From NCBI RefSeq assembly GCF_001194135.2, contig NC_069004.1, positions 32,930,533 to 32,967,624 of the forward strand: 37,092 bases of DNA, read 5' to 3'. Each line of letters starts with the position of its first letter. The first letter of the stretch is position 1. Positions 1-11,755 of this stretch are shown here, piece by piece. The stretch comes from Octopus bimaculoides (taxonomy: Eukaryota). The position numbers and the translations under genes were made by a program. The notes beneath the pieces are model-generated. The model was given only the letters and a program-made list of their open reading frames with translations, made no database searches and was not told the DNA's origin.

Positions 1-85
1 ACCTTGGGCAAGTGTCTTCAACTGTAGTTGCGACTAAAGCCTTGTGAGTGGATTTGGTAGACGGGAACTGGAAGAGGCCCGTGGT
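1..85 (+). mobile_element. tRNA-derived SINE family A, partial (cut by window start)
   Basis: ccttgggcaagtgtcttc...aaagccttgtgagtggatttggtagacgg matches the full copy at 36804-36965 in this window. Confidence 0.85.
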
Positions 86-96
86 ATATATATATA

Positions 97-283
97 AGGA
101 CCCCCTTTGGTCACGAATGACCATGAAATTGCAACTAGAAAGTTCCTCTCTCAGGCACAATTTCAGGCAAGGTTGTTCATGGAAGACCAGCCGTCGCCGA
201 TGCATACCAGCCTCCCCTCTCCAGGGAAGTGAACTGGAGCAGCATAAAATAAGAACACAACACATAGCCCGTTCCGGGAACCG
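97..283 (-). mobile_element. SINE fragment, antisense
   Basis: gtgaactggagcagcataaaataagaacacaacacatagcccgttccgggaaccga is the reverse complement of a tRNA-like SINE head/body similar to 14426-14500. Confidence 0.6.
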
Positions 284-286
284 ATT

Positions 287-350
<64 letters not shown>
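287..350. repeat. (GATA)n microsatellite
   Basis: 16 perfect GATA units. Confidence 0.98.
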
Positions 351-352
<2 letters not shown>

Positions 353-557
353 TTGAAAGTAAGAGAGAGAGAAAAATTATCGGAGAAAGAGAGAAATTAT
401 TAGAGAGATTAACAAGGAAAGAAAGAAAGAGAGAGAGAGATTATCGGAGAGAAGGAAAGAAAGAGATAGCATCGATGTGTTCATATTTCTACCGTGGCAG
501 CTTTTCAAGAGACTTTTGGATTTCGAGGACTTTCTATGTTGTAGTTCAACCATTTAG

Positions 558-982
558 GGATCTTTCTGATTTGGCAGACACCACTTGTTTTCTTAACGAA
601 ACACTTTCAAACTTGGGACACTGGTAGAATGTGTCATATAAAACATCCTTTACTCTTAGTGTTGTTGAGAAAAGTTTATATTTTTAAAGTTATTTCGTGT
701 TAAAATTGTCGTATTTCTGTAATTTCAACCAACCACTGGCGTCTATTGAGGTGAAAACAATTACTGCTGTGGATTGTCAACAAGATTGGTTGAAATTGTC
801 AGTGATTGGTTGAAATTACTGAAATACGACAACTTTTAACATGAAATAACTTCGAATATAAAAATTTTTCTCTGTTCTATAAGACAAAATATACAAGTAT
901 ACGAAGTTTTAAAGTGTTTCGGTAGAAAACACACTAAATAAAACATAAATGAAAAGTGGTGTCCGCCAAATCAGAAAGATCT
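558..982. mobile_element. Non-autonomous DNA transposon (MITE), 425 bp, ~29-bp TIRs, 8-bp TSD
   Basis: TIR 559-586 vs 954-981 (27/28 identical as reverse complement); TSD CCATTTAG at 550-557 and 983-990; inner inverted repeat 689-738 vs 800-850. Confidence 0.9.
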
Positions 983-1030
983 CCATTTAGAAACAGCAAC
1001 TAAATCTCCCTCAAATCACAGCTTGATAGA
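983..1030 (-). repeat. Interspersed repeat family D fragment
   Basis: Reverse complement of gatttgagggagatttagttgctgtttctaaa; related sequence at 10785-10820, 18990-19025 and 30190-30215. Confidence 0.6.
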
Positions 1031-1286
1031 TTAAACAAAAAATCCGACTGGATCAAGTAGTTCTGACTTGTACTGTAGGTAGAAAGAAAGAATGTGGTGG
1101 TCACGGTTGGATTACTTTCCATCATGGATTGCCTTAATCATAGATTGTCTGACATTGGGCTAAACAAAAACAACAGTAATAGCAAGGAAGACATGATTAC
1201 CGTGGCAATGGAGAGATAGTTACGGAGTATAGAAAGGGCGCCACTTGGTCTGTGTGGGTGAAAGAGGGAGGAAGGAAGGGCAGGTA

Positions 1287-1885
1287 CGTGTGTGTGTGTG
1301 TGCGCGTGTGTCTATGTATATATACATATATACATGCGTATATACGTGTGTATATTATATATTTACATGTATGTGTGTGTGTGTGTGTGTGTGTGAGAGA
1401 GTATAAATGTGTATGGTGGTTGTGCGTGTGTGCTATGCGTGTGTCTGTCTGTGCGTCTTCTTCAAGATAGAGATCAACAGTTGTCAGTCGACTCTAACAC
1501 TTCCTTCAGACATTGACATTAATGACTTCACAATTAGAGACGTGTTATTTGTAGTATTGGCGGTGGTGGTAGGTGGTGGTGATGATGGTGGCATTGATGT
1601 TGTTGTTGTTGGTAGTAATGGTAGTGGTGGTAATAATGGTGGATAATGGTGGTAGTAGTAGTGGTGGTGGTAATGATGACGGTAGTAGTAGTGGTGGTGG
1701 TGGTAGGAGTGGCAATAACGATACATACACACATACATATATACATATATGCATACACGCATACATATATACATACAAACACACACACATATATACATAC
1801 AAACACACACACATACATACACAGACACATATCCATCCATCCATCCATCCATACATACAGACATAGAGACACATACACATACATA
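1287..1885. repeat. Compound microsatellite block (TG, TA, GGT/GAT/AGT trinucleotides, CATA, ATCC)
   Basis: Directly visible low-complexity runs; source of the poly-V/H/T and YI/CV ORFs. Confidence 0.95.
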
Positions 1886-1903
1886 TAAAAGAACACGAAT
1901 GAG

Positions 1904-1997
1904 GTTTAAAATTTACGACAGCTGTTTCGGTAGTGTTGATGTATTTATAGATTACATCATTGCATACAATCCACCATCTTCAGGTATAATTTTAAAC
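1904..1997 (-). ncRNA. Type I hammerhead ribozyme motif, intact core (Penelope-type)
   Basis: Minus strand: stem I GTTTAAAATTATAC/GTAAATTTTAAAC (13 bp, 1 bulge); CTGAAGA (1983-1977); extra T; stem II GGTGG/CTACC; GAAA (1928-1925); C-AGCT-G; GTC triplet (1919-1917). Confidence 0.8.
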
Positions 1998-2071
1998 AGG
2001 TATCCAAAGGTAAGATAATACCTTATCCAGGATTTGTCATCATCAATGTATTATCTCACCTCCTGATACCT

Positions 2072-2160
2072 GTTTAAAACTTTACCTGAAGATGATGGAC
2101 GCTGTGTTGTAATCTTTCAATACATCAGTACTACTGAAACAGCTGCCACAAATCCTAAAC
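2072..2160 (+). ncRNA. Decayed hammerhead copy, inverted partner of 1904-1997
   Basis: CTGAAGA 2086-2092, GAAA 2136-2139, C-AGCT-G, but the triplet is GCC instead of GTC and stems I/II are eroded. Confidence 0.6.
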
Positions 2161-2173
2161 CCCACTGGTGTCC

Positions 2174-2230
<57 letters not shown>

Positions 2231-2419
2231 TAGGAATCAACAAGTGATCCAGTTTGGGCTTTCTCAGTTTTACATCACAGGTCTTCAAACAGTCAACATC
2301 TTGTTAATGCGCATAGACACATACGCATACATACACACACACACATACATACATAAGACATATATACATACATACATACATACATACAAACATAGACACA
2401 CACACACATACATGCATGC

Positions 2420-2450
<31 letters not shown>

Positions 2451-3562
2451 CATGCATACATACATACATGCATGTGTTTATGCAGAGTGAAAAACCATTT
2501 GGATAAACTGGAGACGAAGAAGGGATGATGTTATTGTAGTTATTAAATATTTTATGAAGATGGTGGTGGTGGTGGTGGTGGTAATGGTGGTGGTGGTGAT
2601 GACAACGACTACAACGACGATGATGATGATGATGATGATGANNNNNNNNNNNNNNNNNNNNNNNNNNNNNNNNNNNNNNNNNNNNNNNNNNNNNNNNNNN
2701 NNNNNNNNNNNNNNNNNNNNNNNNNNNNNNNNNNNNNNNNNNNNNNNNNNNNNNNNNNNNNNNNNNNNNNNNNNNNNNNNNNNNNNNNNNNNNNNNNNNN
2801 NNNNNNNNNNNNNNNNNNNNNNNNNNNNNNNNNNNNNNNNNNNNNNNNNNNNNNNNNNNNNNNNNNNNNNNNNNNNNNNNNNNNNNNNNNNNNNNNNNNN
2901 NNNNNNNNNNNNNNNNNNNNNNNNNNNNNNNNNNNNNNNNNNNNNNNNNNNNNNNNNNNNNNNNNNNNNNNNNNNNNNNNNNNNNNNNNNNNNNNNNNNN
3001 NNNNNNNNNNNNNNNNNNNNNNNNNNNNNNNNNNNNNNNNNNNNNNNNNNNNNNNNNNNNNNNNNNNNNNNNNNNNNNNNNNNNNNNNNNNNNNNNNNNN
3101 NNNNNNNNNNNNNNNNNNNNNNNNNNNNNNNNNNNNNNNNNNNNNNNNNNNNNNNNNNNNNNNNNNNNNNNNNNNNNNNNNNNNNNNNNNNNNNNNNNNN
3201 NNNNNNNNNNNNNNNNNNNNNNNNNNNNNNNNNNNNNNNNNNNNNNNNNNNNNNNNNNNNNNNNNNNNNNNNNNNNNNNNNNNNNNNNNNNNNNNNNNNN
3301 NNNNNNNNNNNNNNNNNNNNNNNNNNNNNNNNNNNNNNNNNNNNNNNNNNNNNNNNNNNNNNNNNNNNNNNNNNNNNNNNNNNNNNNNNNNNNNNNNNNN
3401 NNNNNNNNNNNNNNNNNNNNNNNNNNNNNNNNNNNNNNNNNNNNNNNNNNNNNNNNNNNNNNNNNNNNNNNNNNNNNNNNNNNNNNNNNNNNNNNNNNNN
3501 NNNNNNNNNNNNNNNNNNNNNNNNNNNNNNNNNNNNNNNNNNNNNNNNNNNNNNNNNNNNNN

Positions 3563-3596
<34 letters not shown>

Positions 3597-3658
3597 TATA
3601 TACATATATATATGTATATATATATATGTATATATGTATATATATATATGTATATATG

Positions 3659-3690
<32 letters not shown>

Positions 3691-3805
3691 GATATATTCG
3701 TACTATATTATATATGTATATAATATACATACACATTTACACACATACACTCACATGTATATGCGTATGTGCCTGCTAGTTTATATATGAGTGTGTGTAT
3801 ATGTG

Positions 3806-3857
<52 letters not shown>

Positions 3858-5008
3858 TTTCGATGCGAAGGGCATAAATAACATAATAAGGGTGTTAAGG
3901 CAGATTTAAATAGCGGAGAGCGGCTTAAAGTATTAACAGAATTAGATATGGGTGGTCTTTAGGTGGAGGGGCGNNNNNNNNNNNNNNNNNNNNNNNNNNN
4001 NNNNNNNNNNNNNNNNNNNNNNNNNNNNNNNNNNNNNNNNNNNNNNNNNNNNNNNNNNNNNNNNNNNNNNNNNNNNNNNNNNNNNNNNNNNNNNNNNNNN
4101 NNNNNNNNNNNNNNNNNNNNNNNNNNNNNNNNNNNNNNNNNNNNNNNNNNNNNNNNNNNNNNNNNNNNNNNNNNNNNNNNNNNNNNNNNNNNNNNNNNNN
4201 NNNNNNNNNNNNNNNNNNNNNNNNNNNNNNNNNNNNNNNNNNNNNNNNNNNNNNNNNNNNNNNNNNNNNNNNNNNNNNNNNNNNNNNNNNNNNNNNNNNN
4301 NNNNNNNNNNNNNNNNNNNNNNNNNNNNNNNNNNNNNNNNNNNNNNNNNNNNNNNNNNNNNNNNNNNNNNNNNNNNNNNNNNNNNNNNNNNNNNNNNNNN
4401 NNNNNNNNNNNNNNNNNNNNNNNNNNNNNNNNNNNNNNNNNNNNNNNNNNNNNNNNNNNNNNNNNNNNNNNNNNNNNNNNNNNNNNNNNNNNNNNNNNNN
4501 NNNNNNNNNNNNNNNNNNNNNNNNNNNNNNNNNNNNNNNNNNNNNNNNNNNNNNNNNNNNNNNNNNNNNNNNNNNNNNNNNNNNNNNNNNNNNNNNNNNN
4601 NNNNNNNNNNNNNNNNNNNNNNNNNNNNNNNNNNNNNNNNNNNNNNNNNNNNNNNNNNNNNNNNNNNNNNNNNNNNNNNNNNNNNNNNNNNNNNNNNNNN
4701 NNNNNNNNNNNNNNNNNNNNNNNNNNNNNNNNNNNNNNNNNNNNNNNNNNNNNNNNNNNNNNNNNNNNNNNNNNNNNNNNNNNNNTATGCATTTGTCGTA
4801 CCTGTGTTCTTACTAACATTTTGAACAACTTGATTGGATGCCAGATGAGGGAAGAGAAAGAGACGTGTGGGCGCGGCAGTTTTGCCGCTGATATTTGACT
4901 CGGCCTGTTTTGGCGACAGTATATTTTACCACTGAAGGCAATCACACACATTCATATATAAATTACACACACATACATGTATACATATATAAATTACACA
5001 CACATACA

Positions 5009-5062
<54 letters not shown>

Positions 5063-5080
5063 TGTGTGTGTGTGAGCGTC

Positions 5081-5220
5081 TCTCTGTTTCTGCCTACCAA
5101 ATCCACTCACAAGGCTTTGGGCAGCTTGGAGCTAGAGAACAAGGCATTCGTCCACGAGATGTCTCGCAGTGGGACTGAACCCTGTACCGTTTGGTCGGGA
5201 AGCACACAACCACTTCTTAA
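5081..5220 (-). mobile_element. SINE family A, diverged
   Basis: ctaccaaatccactcacaaggcttt...gcagtgggactgaaccc is the reverse complement of the 36804 copy. Confidence 0.85.
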
Positions 5221-6326
5221 CAACAGTCACACCTTGGTATCAGATAAACCTAAAATACTGACACACCTAATATAACGAGAAAAAGGATTCCACCCCCGTC
5301 CGGTTTGTAATATTTCCGGTTAGGTGTAAGCCAACCCTTGTCGCCAAAACAGAAACAATGCCTTCGGTTGGCAAGTCTTTGTTTGGAAGCTCCAATTCAC
5401 TTTCTCGCGAACTTCTCATATCTCGCTCTGTGCTTTCTTCTTAATAGATAGGATAAATCAAATCGAAAGGTGTTACGCTGATCTGAAATACAAACCGGAA
5501 GCGAAAGAACTTATCATGGCCGCCTTTACTGAGATCAAAGCTAGGAAATATCAGAACTGTGTTAGAATATTATAAACGGCTGAAAGATGACATGGAATTT
5601 GGAAGTAAGCATGCGCAGAAAAAACATTTAGCGTTTAATTCTATGTAATTGAAATTTTATTTTCTTAATTACCATGGAATTATTGTTGTTGTTGTTGTTG
5701 CTGCTGCTATAACTACTACTACTACTACTACTACTGCTGCTGCTGCTATTATTATTATTATTCATATGCACACAACAGATTAGACTGTTGGAATAGACAA
5801 ATCCCTAACATCGGGCTACAACAAGTAACCTTAGATACCAGGAACCCACATAAGTATCCTAGCTCTCCCTAATAACACTGTTTTCTGGAGCTGTCCTAAA
5901 CTGGGTTTTATGCTTAGTTTTTAAGTTGTTTCATATTCAAAGTTGCGGCCACTCTCTTTCACTTTCTCTCGCTCTCTTTCTCTCTCTCTCTCTTCGCCAC
6001 CGCCCTCACCGTCTCTATGCCTACTATCNNNNNNNNNNNNNNNNNNNNNNNNNNNNNNNNNNNNNNNNNNNNNNNNNNNNNNNNNNNNNNNNNNNNNNNN
6101 NNNNNNNNNNNNNNNNNNNNNNNNNNNNGTGCTGAAGGTGACTGGGCGTGTACCCTATGTGAATGAATAGCGAGTGCGAATATAGTCACGTGATCGTAAT
6201 ACACGTGATTGCGTACAGAGATTATTAATTAACCTCACATGACGAGCAGACAATATTGTTTTGTGCTGTAGGTGTACGCGCATGTGTGTGTGTGTGTGCG
6301 TGTGTGTGTGTATACAGGCATATGTA

Positions 6327-6379
<53 letters not shown>

Positions 6380-6686
6380 GTATGTATATGTGTATGCGTG
6401 TATGTATACATATATATGTATATATATTTATAGTATATATATATGTGTGTATATACGTGTGTATATGTATGTGTATATATATATATATATACACATATGT
6501 ACATATACATATATATGTACATATCTTGCAAATATACATAGATACATACGGACATGCAGCTCACATACATGTGTGTGTGTGTGTGTGTGTGTGTATCTGC
6601 ATGTAAGTATGAATGTATATGTCTATGTATGTCTATGTATGTCTATGTATGCGTGTACATTTATACGCAAGTATACATATGAAAAA

Positions 6687-6725
<39 letters not shown>

Positions 6726-6890
6726 TATATGCAAGAATCTATGCATATAATTATATTACTCCTTCATCTTAGCCAAAAGGCCGATACATGTATGTATATT
6801 CATACAAATGTGTGTGTGTGTCTGTATGGGTGTGTATGTTTATAGATAAATAGATAGATGCATAGAGAGATAGATAGATAGGAAGGTAGT

Positions 6891-6949
<59 letters not shown>

Positions 6950-7493
6950 CGAGAGAGAGAGATAAGAAGGCAGGCAGGTGGGCAGATAGACAGACAGACA
7001 GGTAGGCACGTAGGCAGGCACAAGGCCCGAAATTTCTGAGAGCGGTCAGGTTCATTTTCAGTATTCTCATTTGTGAGAGCAGTCGAGTTTATTTCAGATA
7101 TTCTCATTTTAAAAATCATCTCTGGCTAATCGTTGAGAGGATGCTGGTGTTGCCTTGGCAGAGGTTTTATTTCTTCTTATTTATATTTTTTCTTCCAAAA
7201 TTTTCGTTGCTTTTGCAGCCGTGTCGATGGATGCTGATTCTGTCCGTTATTGAGCTGCAATAACGTANNNNNNNNNNNNNNNNNNNNNNNNNNNNNNNNN
7301 NNNNNNNNNNNNNNNNNNNNNNNNNNNNNNNNNNNNNNNNNNNNNNNNNNNNNNNNNNNNNNNNNNNNNNNNNNNNNNNNNNNNNNNNNNNNNNNNNNNN
7401 NNNNNNNNNNNNNNNNNNNNNNNNNNNNNNNNNNNNNNNNNNNNNNNNNNNNNNNNNNNNNNNNNNNNNNNNNNNNNNNNNNNNNNNNNNNNN

Positions 7494-7556
<63 letters not shown>

Positions 7557-7672
7557 AACATGTATATATACACATATACATACATAAACATACATAGCGT
7601 CGTAAATTTATCGACTGCTTTTTCCAGTATTGGTGCCTTGTAGTACCACTACTCTCTCTCTCTCTCTCTCGC

Positions 7673-7706
<34 letters not shown>

Positions 7707-8297
7707 TACGCATACACCCACATACACACGCACATTTATATATATACTGACACACACACACACATTCTATAGCAAATTTGGTTAAACAATTTAATGATGA
7801 GCCGTCCATATTCTCTACATCTCTACTAATTTGTTTGATGAGAAGAAAAAAAAAGACCTTGCTATAATGTGTTTTCTATGTTAAGATAAAATAACGGATT
7901 AACAAAGATTTCAACCACGCGTGTGACCGTCTTCATTGTTTAGGTGTTAAATGGGAGGTTTACAGCCTTTGTGAATCTGCCAGCTCATATAAATGAGTTC
8001 ACTGACAGAGTCGTGTCAGAAAACACTTGTTCAGCACGAATATTGCTTTGTGTTAAGCTGCGCTCGTCATTCCGCTGTGACTATTGATACTAAAGACAAG
8101 ATACTGTTTTCTGATTGGCTAATATTTAGTGAAGTGTACGTCTGATTTGTTGCATAATAGGCAGAGTTATACCACGAAGAACGGCAGAGATGTGCAATTA
8201 TATTTAATTTAATTTATTTCTTATATTGAATATGGTTGTTTAGTCGACTTCGTTAGTTTTGTATTTTTCAAATTTTCATAACACACGCATGTGCACA

Positions 8298-8334
<37 letters not shown>

Positions 8335-8709
8335 ACACACANNNNNNNNNNNNNNNNNNNNNNNNNNNNNNNNNNNNNNNNNNNNNNNNNNNNNNNNNNN
8401 NNNNNNNNNNNNNNNNNNNNNNNNNNNNNNNNNNNNNNNNNNNNNNNNNNNNNNNNNNNNNNNNNNNNNNNNNNNNNNNNNNNNNNNNNNNNNNNNNNNN
8501 NNNNNNNNNNNNNNNNNNNNNNNNNNNNNNNNNNNNNNNNNNNNNNNNNNNNNNNNNNNNNNNNNNNNNNNNNNNNNNNNNNNNNNNNNNNNNNNNNNNN
8601 NNNNNNNNNNNNNNNNNNNNNNNNNNNNNNNNNNNNNNNNNNNNNNNNNNNNNNNNNNNNNNNNNNNNNNNNNNNNNNNNNNNNNNNNNNNNNNNNNNNN
8701 NNNNNNNNN

Positions 8710-9100
8710 ATTTCATCCGGTTTAATCGTAATTTATACGCATATATTGTTTATATAATAAATTACGCTGTGCGTATCTATGTGTGTAACAATTTTAGAGT
8801 TCGGATTCTAAAGTTAGGGTTAGTTTTAGGGTTAGGGTTACGGTTACGGTTAACAGTCTAGTTAGGGTTAGGGGATTAATGCGATATACACCGTTACAGC
8901 GCTAACTGTTTTCAACTGAATAGACGTCAGTGATTATCGAAATAAGACAATTTTTTACATGAAATAAATTCGAATACAAAAATATTTTTCTGTTCTATAA
9001 CACAAAATAGATAAGTATACGAAGTTTGAAAGTCTTTCGGTACCAAAAACACTACATAAAACATAAATGAAAACTGGCGCCCCCGTTTTAAAATAGATCC
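8710..9100. mobile_element. MITE related to 558-982, with an internal degenerate TTAGGG tract; left end lost in gap
   Basis: 8925-9075 aligns by eye with 800-960 (about 80%); ends in AGATCC (reverse complement of the GGATCT terminus); TTAGGG-phased tract at 8814-8873. Confidence 0.7.
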
Positions 9101-9189
9101 ACAAAATGTTTTAACAATTTTTTTACACAGTTCCTAATAATATTTAATTATGAAAATATAATAGGAGTTTTTTAAGTATCAGATGCCTA

Positions 9190-9262
9190 TGGGGGTCCAC
9201 CAGAGTAAAATAGGAGTAAAATGAGTTCATAGGTAAAAAAAAAAAATGATTGAGAAACACTA
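9190..9262. mobile_element. hAT/Charlie-like right-end remnant
   Basis: gattgagaaacacta (9248-9262) reverse-complements to TAGTGTTTCTCAATC, close to the Charlie-type TIR CAGTGGTTCTCAAC; no left end seen. Confidence 0.4.
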
Positions 9263-9697
9263 ATTTAGATAGCAGCAGTGTGATTTAAGGGAAATTTCGT
9301 TATCATTTTTAACAAGTCAAACCACATTTACGATGCGGTCCCTGTCGTCTGCTGGCCAAACAACGACAGCAGTAGTGAGAGGAATGAGAGGGAAGGGGAG
9401 GAGTTCAATGGTTATGAAGTGGAGACATATTTAAACGTTAGTTGAGAAAGTCAGAAAACGTTGAAAGCTGAAACCGTTGGACTTTTTACAAAACATCGCC
9501 AATTTAAAACAGCAACGTTTAACTTCTATCTTGATGTGACGATGACACACTGGACTCCCTCCTCTTCTTTCACCATTTCTCTCTGTGTGTTTGTCTGCCT
9601 TTTTCTATCTTTCTCTCTATATATATATATACATACATACATATATACATACATACATATATATATATATACATATATATAGACACATATATATAAA

Positions 9698-9739
<42 letters not shown>

Positions 9740-9985
9740 NNNNNNNNNNNNNNNNNNNNNNNNNNNNNNNNNNNNNNNNNNNNNNNNNNNNNNNNNNNNN
9801 NNNNNNNNNNNNNNNNNNNNNNNNNNNNNNNNNNNNNNNNNNNNNNNNNNNNNNNNNNNNNNNNNNNNNNNNNNNNNNNNNNNNNNNNNNNNNNNNNNNN
9901 NNNNNNNNNNNNNNNNNNNNNNNNNNNNNNNNNNNNNNNNNNNNNNNNNNNNNNNNNNNNNNNNNNNNNNNNNNNNNNNNNNNNN

Positions 9986-10075
9986 ATACACATACATATA
10001 TACATACACATACATATATACATACACATACATATATACATACACATACATATATACATACACATACATATATAT
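9986..10075. repeat. 18-bp minisatellite (tacacatacatatataca)n
   Basis: About 4.5 tandem units next to a gap. Confidence 0.85.
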
Positions 10076-10087
10076 ATATAGACATAC

Positions 10088-10120
<33 letters not shown>

Positions 10121-10150
10121 CACAGACATATATACAGACATATATAGATA

Positions 10151-10186
<36 letters not shown>

Positions 10187-10474
10187 TGCTTACATTGGTA
10201 CATTATCTCTGTATATAATCTGTGACTTTCTTAATTTTCTTTATTGTTTTTCTTTCTTCCTTTCTTTCCTCTTTTTTTTACATTCACTGCCTCTCTGCCA
10301 TTCTTCTGTGTAGTTCTATCTACCTACCTACCTACCTACCTACCTATCTATCTATCTATCACCTGTCTGTCTGTCTGTCTGCCTACCAGCAGATCACTCC
10401 CTGTTTCTCTCCGAGAGTGAGAGAAACATTCGCTGGTATAATCAAACAAGAGAAAAAGCACTTATAGTGTTAAG

Positions 10475-10533
<59 letters not shown>

Positions 10534-10619
10534 CGTGTGCGCGCATGCGTGTGTGAAAGGAGAGATAAAACCAGTTGAGATCAGATAACTGTGATTTGAG
10601 CGCATTTATGAAGCGTCTT

Positions 10620-10633
10620 TCGCCCCCTGGTGT
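10620..10633 (-). promoter_or_regulatory. CTCF-like motif
   Basis: Reverse complement ACACCAGGGGGCGA vs consensus CCACCAGGGGGCGC (12/14). Motif match only. Confidence 0.3.
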
Positions 10634-11006
10634 GAAAAGTTTTGATAGCAGGAATGTTGGCGTCGTAGTCGCTGTTGTAGTTCTTGGATGTTCTGCAGCA
10701 ACAAGTGAAGCCACACAGGGGAAATCTATCATCAACGGCGCTCCGGTTGTGACCATCACTTTGACATTCATAATAGTATGAGTATGATTTGAATAGAATT
10801 TGGTTGCTCTTTCTAGCAAGCCTTGTTATTAAAATGGTTACTACACCCTTTATACGTTTTTTTGTTTTTTGCTCAAATACTTGCCATTGACCTCTGCGAG
10901 TTATTTCCCTTGGGTCATATGTAAATTATTACTAAGGCTACAACCATGTTCTACTTCTTTTTGTAGATGTGTGAGTGCATCATCTACCGAGGAAAAAGTA
11001 AACAAA

Positions 11007-11049
11007 CTGTTCTGATGACGCCTGTTATGGCAGAAACACTTGTCGACGG
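11007..11049 (+). ncRNA. Minimal type I hammerhead ribozyme motif
   Basis: CTGTT-CTGATGA(11012-11018)-C-GCC tgttat GGC-A-GAAA(11033-11036)-C actt G-TC(11042-11044)-GACGG; stem I 5 bp with two G.U pairs. Confidence 0.7.
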
Positions 11050-11152
11050 CTGCGCTCTGGTCTCCAAGCAACCAAACTATCTTTTCATTAATACCATGTC
11101 AATTTTGGAAAATTTTTGATTCTTAAAATTATCTGTCCTTCTCATATGGAGT

Positions 11153-11268
11153 TGGTGCTTTCAGTTTCCGTCTACCAAATCCACTCACAAGGCTTTGATC
11201 GGCTCGAGGCTATAGTAGAAGACGCTTGCATAAGGTGCCACGCAGTGGGGCTGAACCCAGAACCATAA
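11153..11268 (-). mobile_element. SINE family A, partial
   Basis: tttcagtttccgtctaccaaatccactcacaaggctttgatcggctcgaggctatagtagaagac...gcagtggggctgaaccc. Confidence 0.9.
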
Positions 11269-11755
11269 CTTTTTTTTATTTTAGAAGCAAAATATATTTA
11301 TCTTAGTTTTAATGATAGAAGAAAGCATGAATAACTTCGTAATTTTGTCCCCATGCAACAAAAATTTGTATCGAAAAAGTTGTGAGGTAAAATATCATGA
11401 AAACAAATATAAGTAAGGCAAAAAGTTGGACTTAAGTATAATTAACTTATTTATTTGAAGAACAAACTATATTTTAATTAAGCTTAAATGACAGAACTCA
11501 ATTCGAAGAATTTCACGGTATCAATCTCATACAATTAAGTTTTAAAAGAAAAAAGTTACGAGTGTTTGTTTCTCAAATTTTAGTGTGATTATATAATTCT
11601 AGACTTTTTTTTTTATGAATATAGTTCTACAAGGGGACTTTTGATATATCTCACCGGCGTCATTGAGGTAAGGATAAAATTATCAATGACACCGCTAATT
11701 GACACATTTGACACATTATTAATTAGCATAATAGCATATCCTGGAAAAAACACGG

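Noticed and set aside
6129-6165. AEGDWACTLCE, resembling the start of a RanBP2-type zinc finger
   Set aside because: A stop follows immediately, the conserved Asn and second CxxC are absent, and the upstream sequence is a gap.
8111-8120. Perfect CCAAT box (CTGATTGGCT)
   Set aside because: Isolated short motif with no other promoter evidence.
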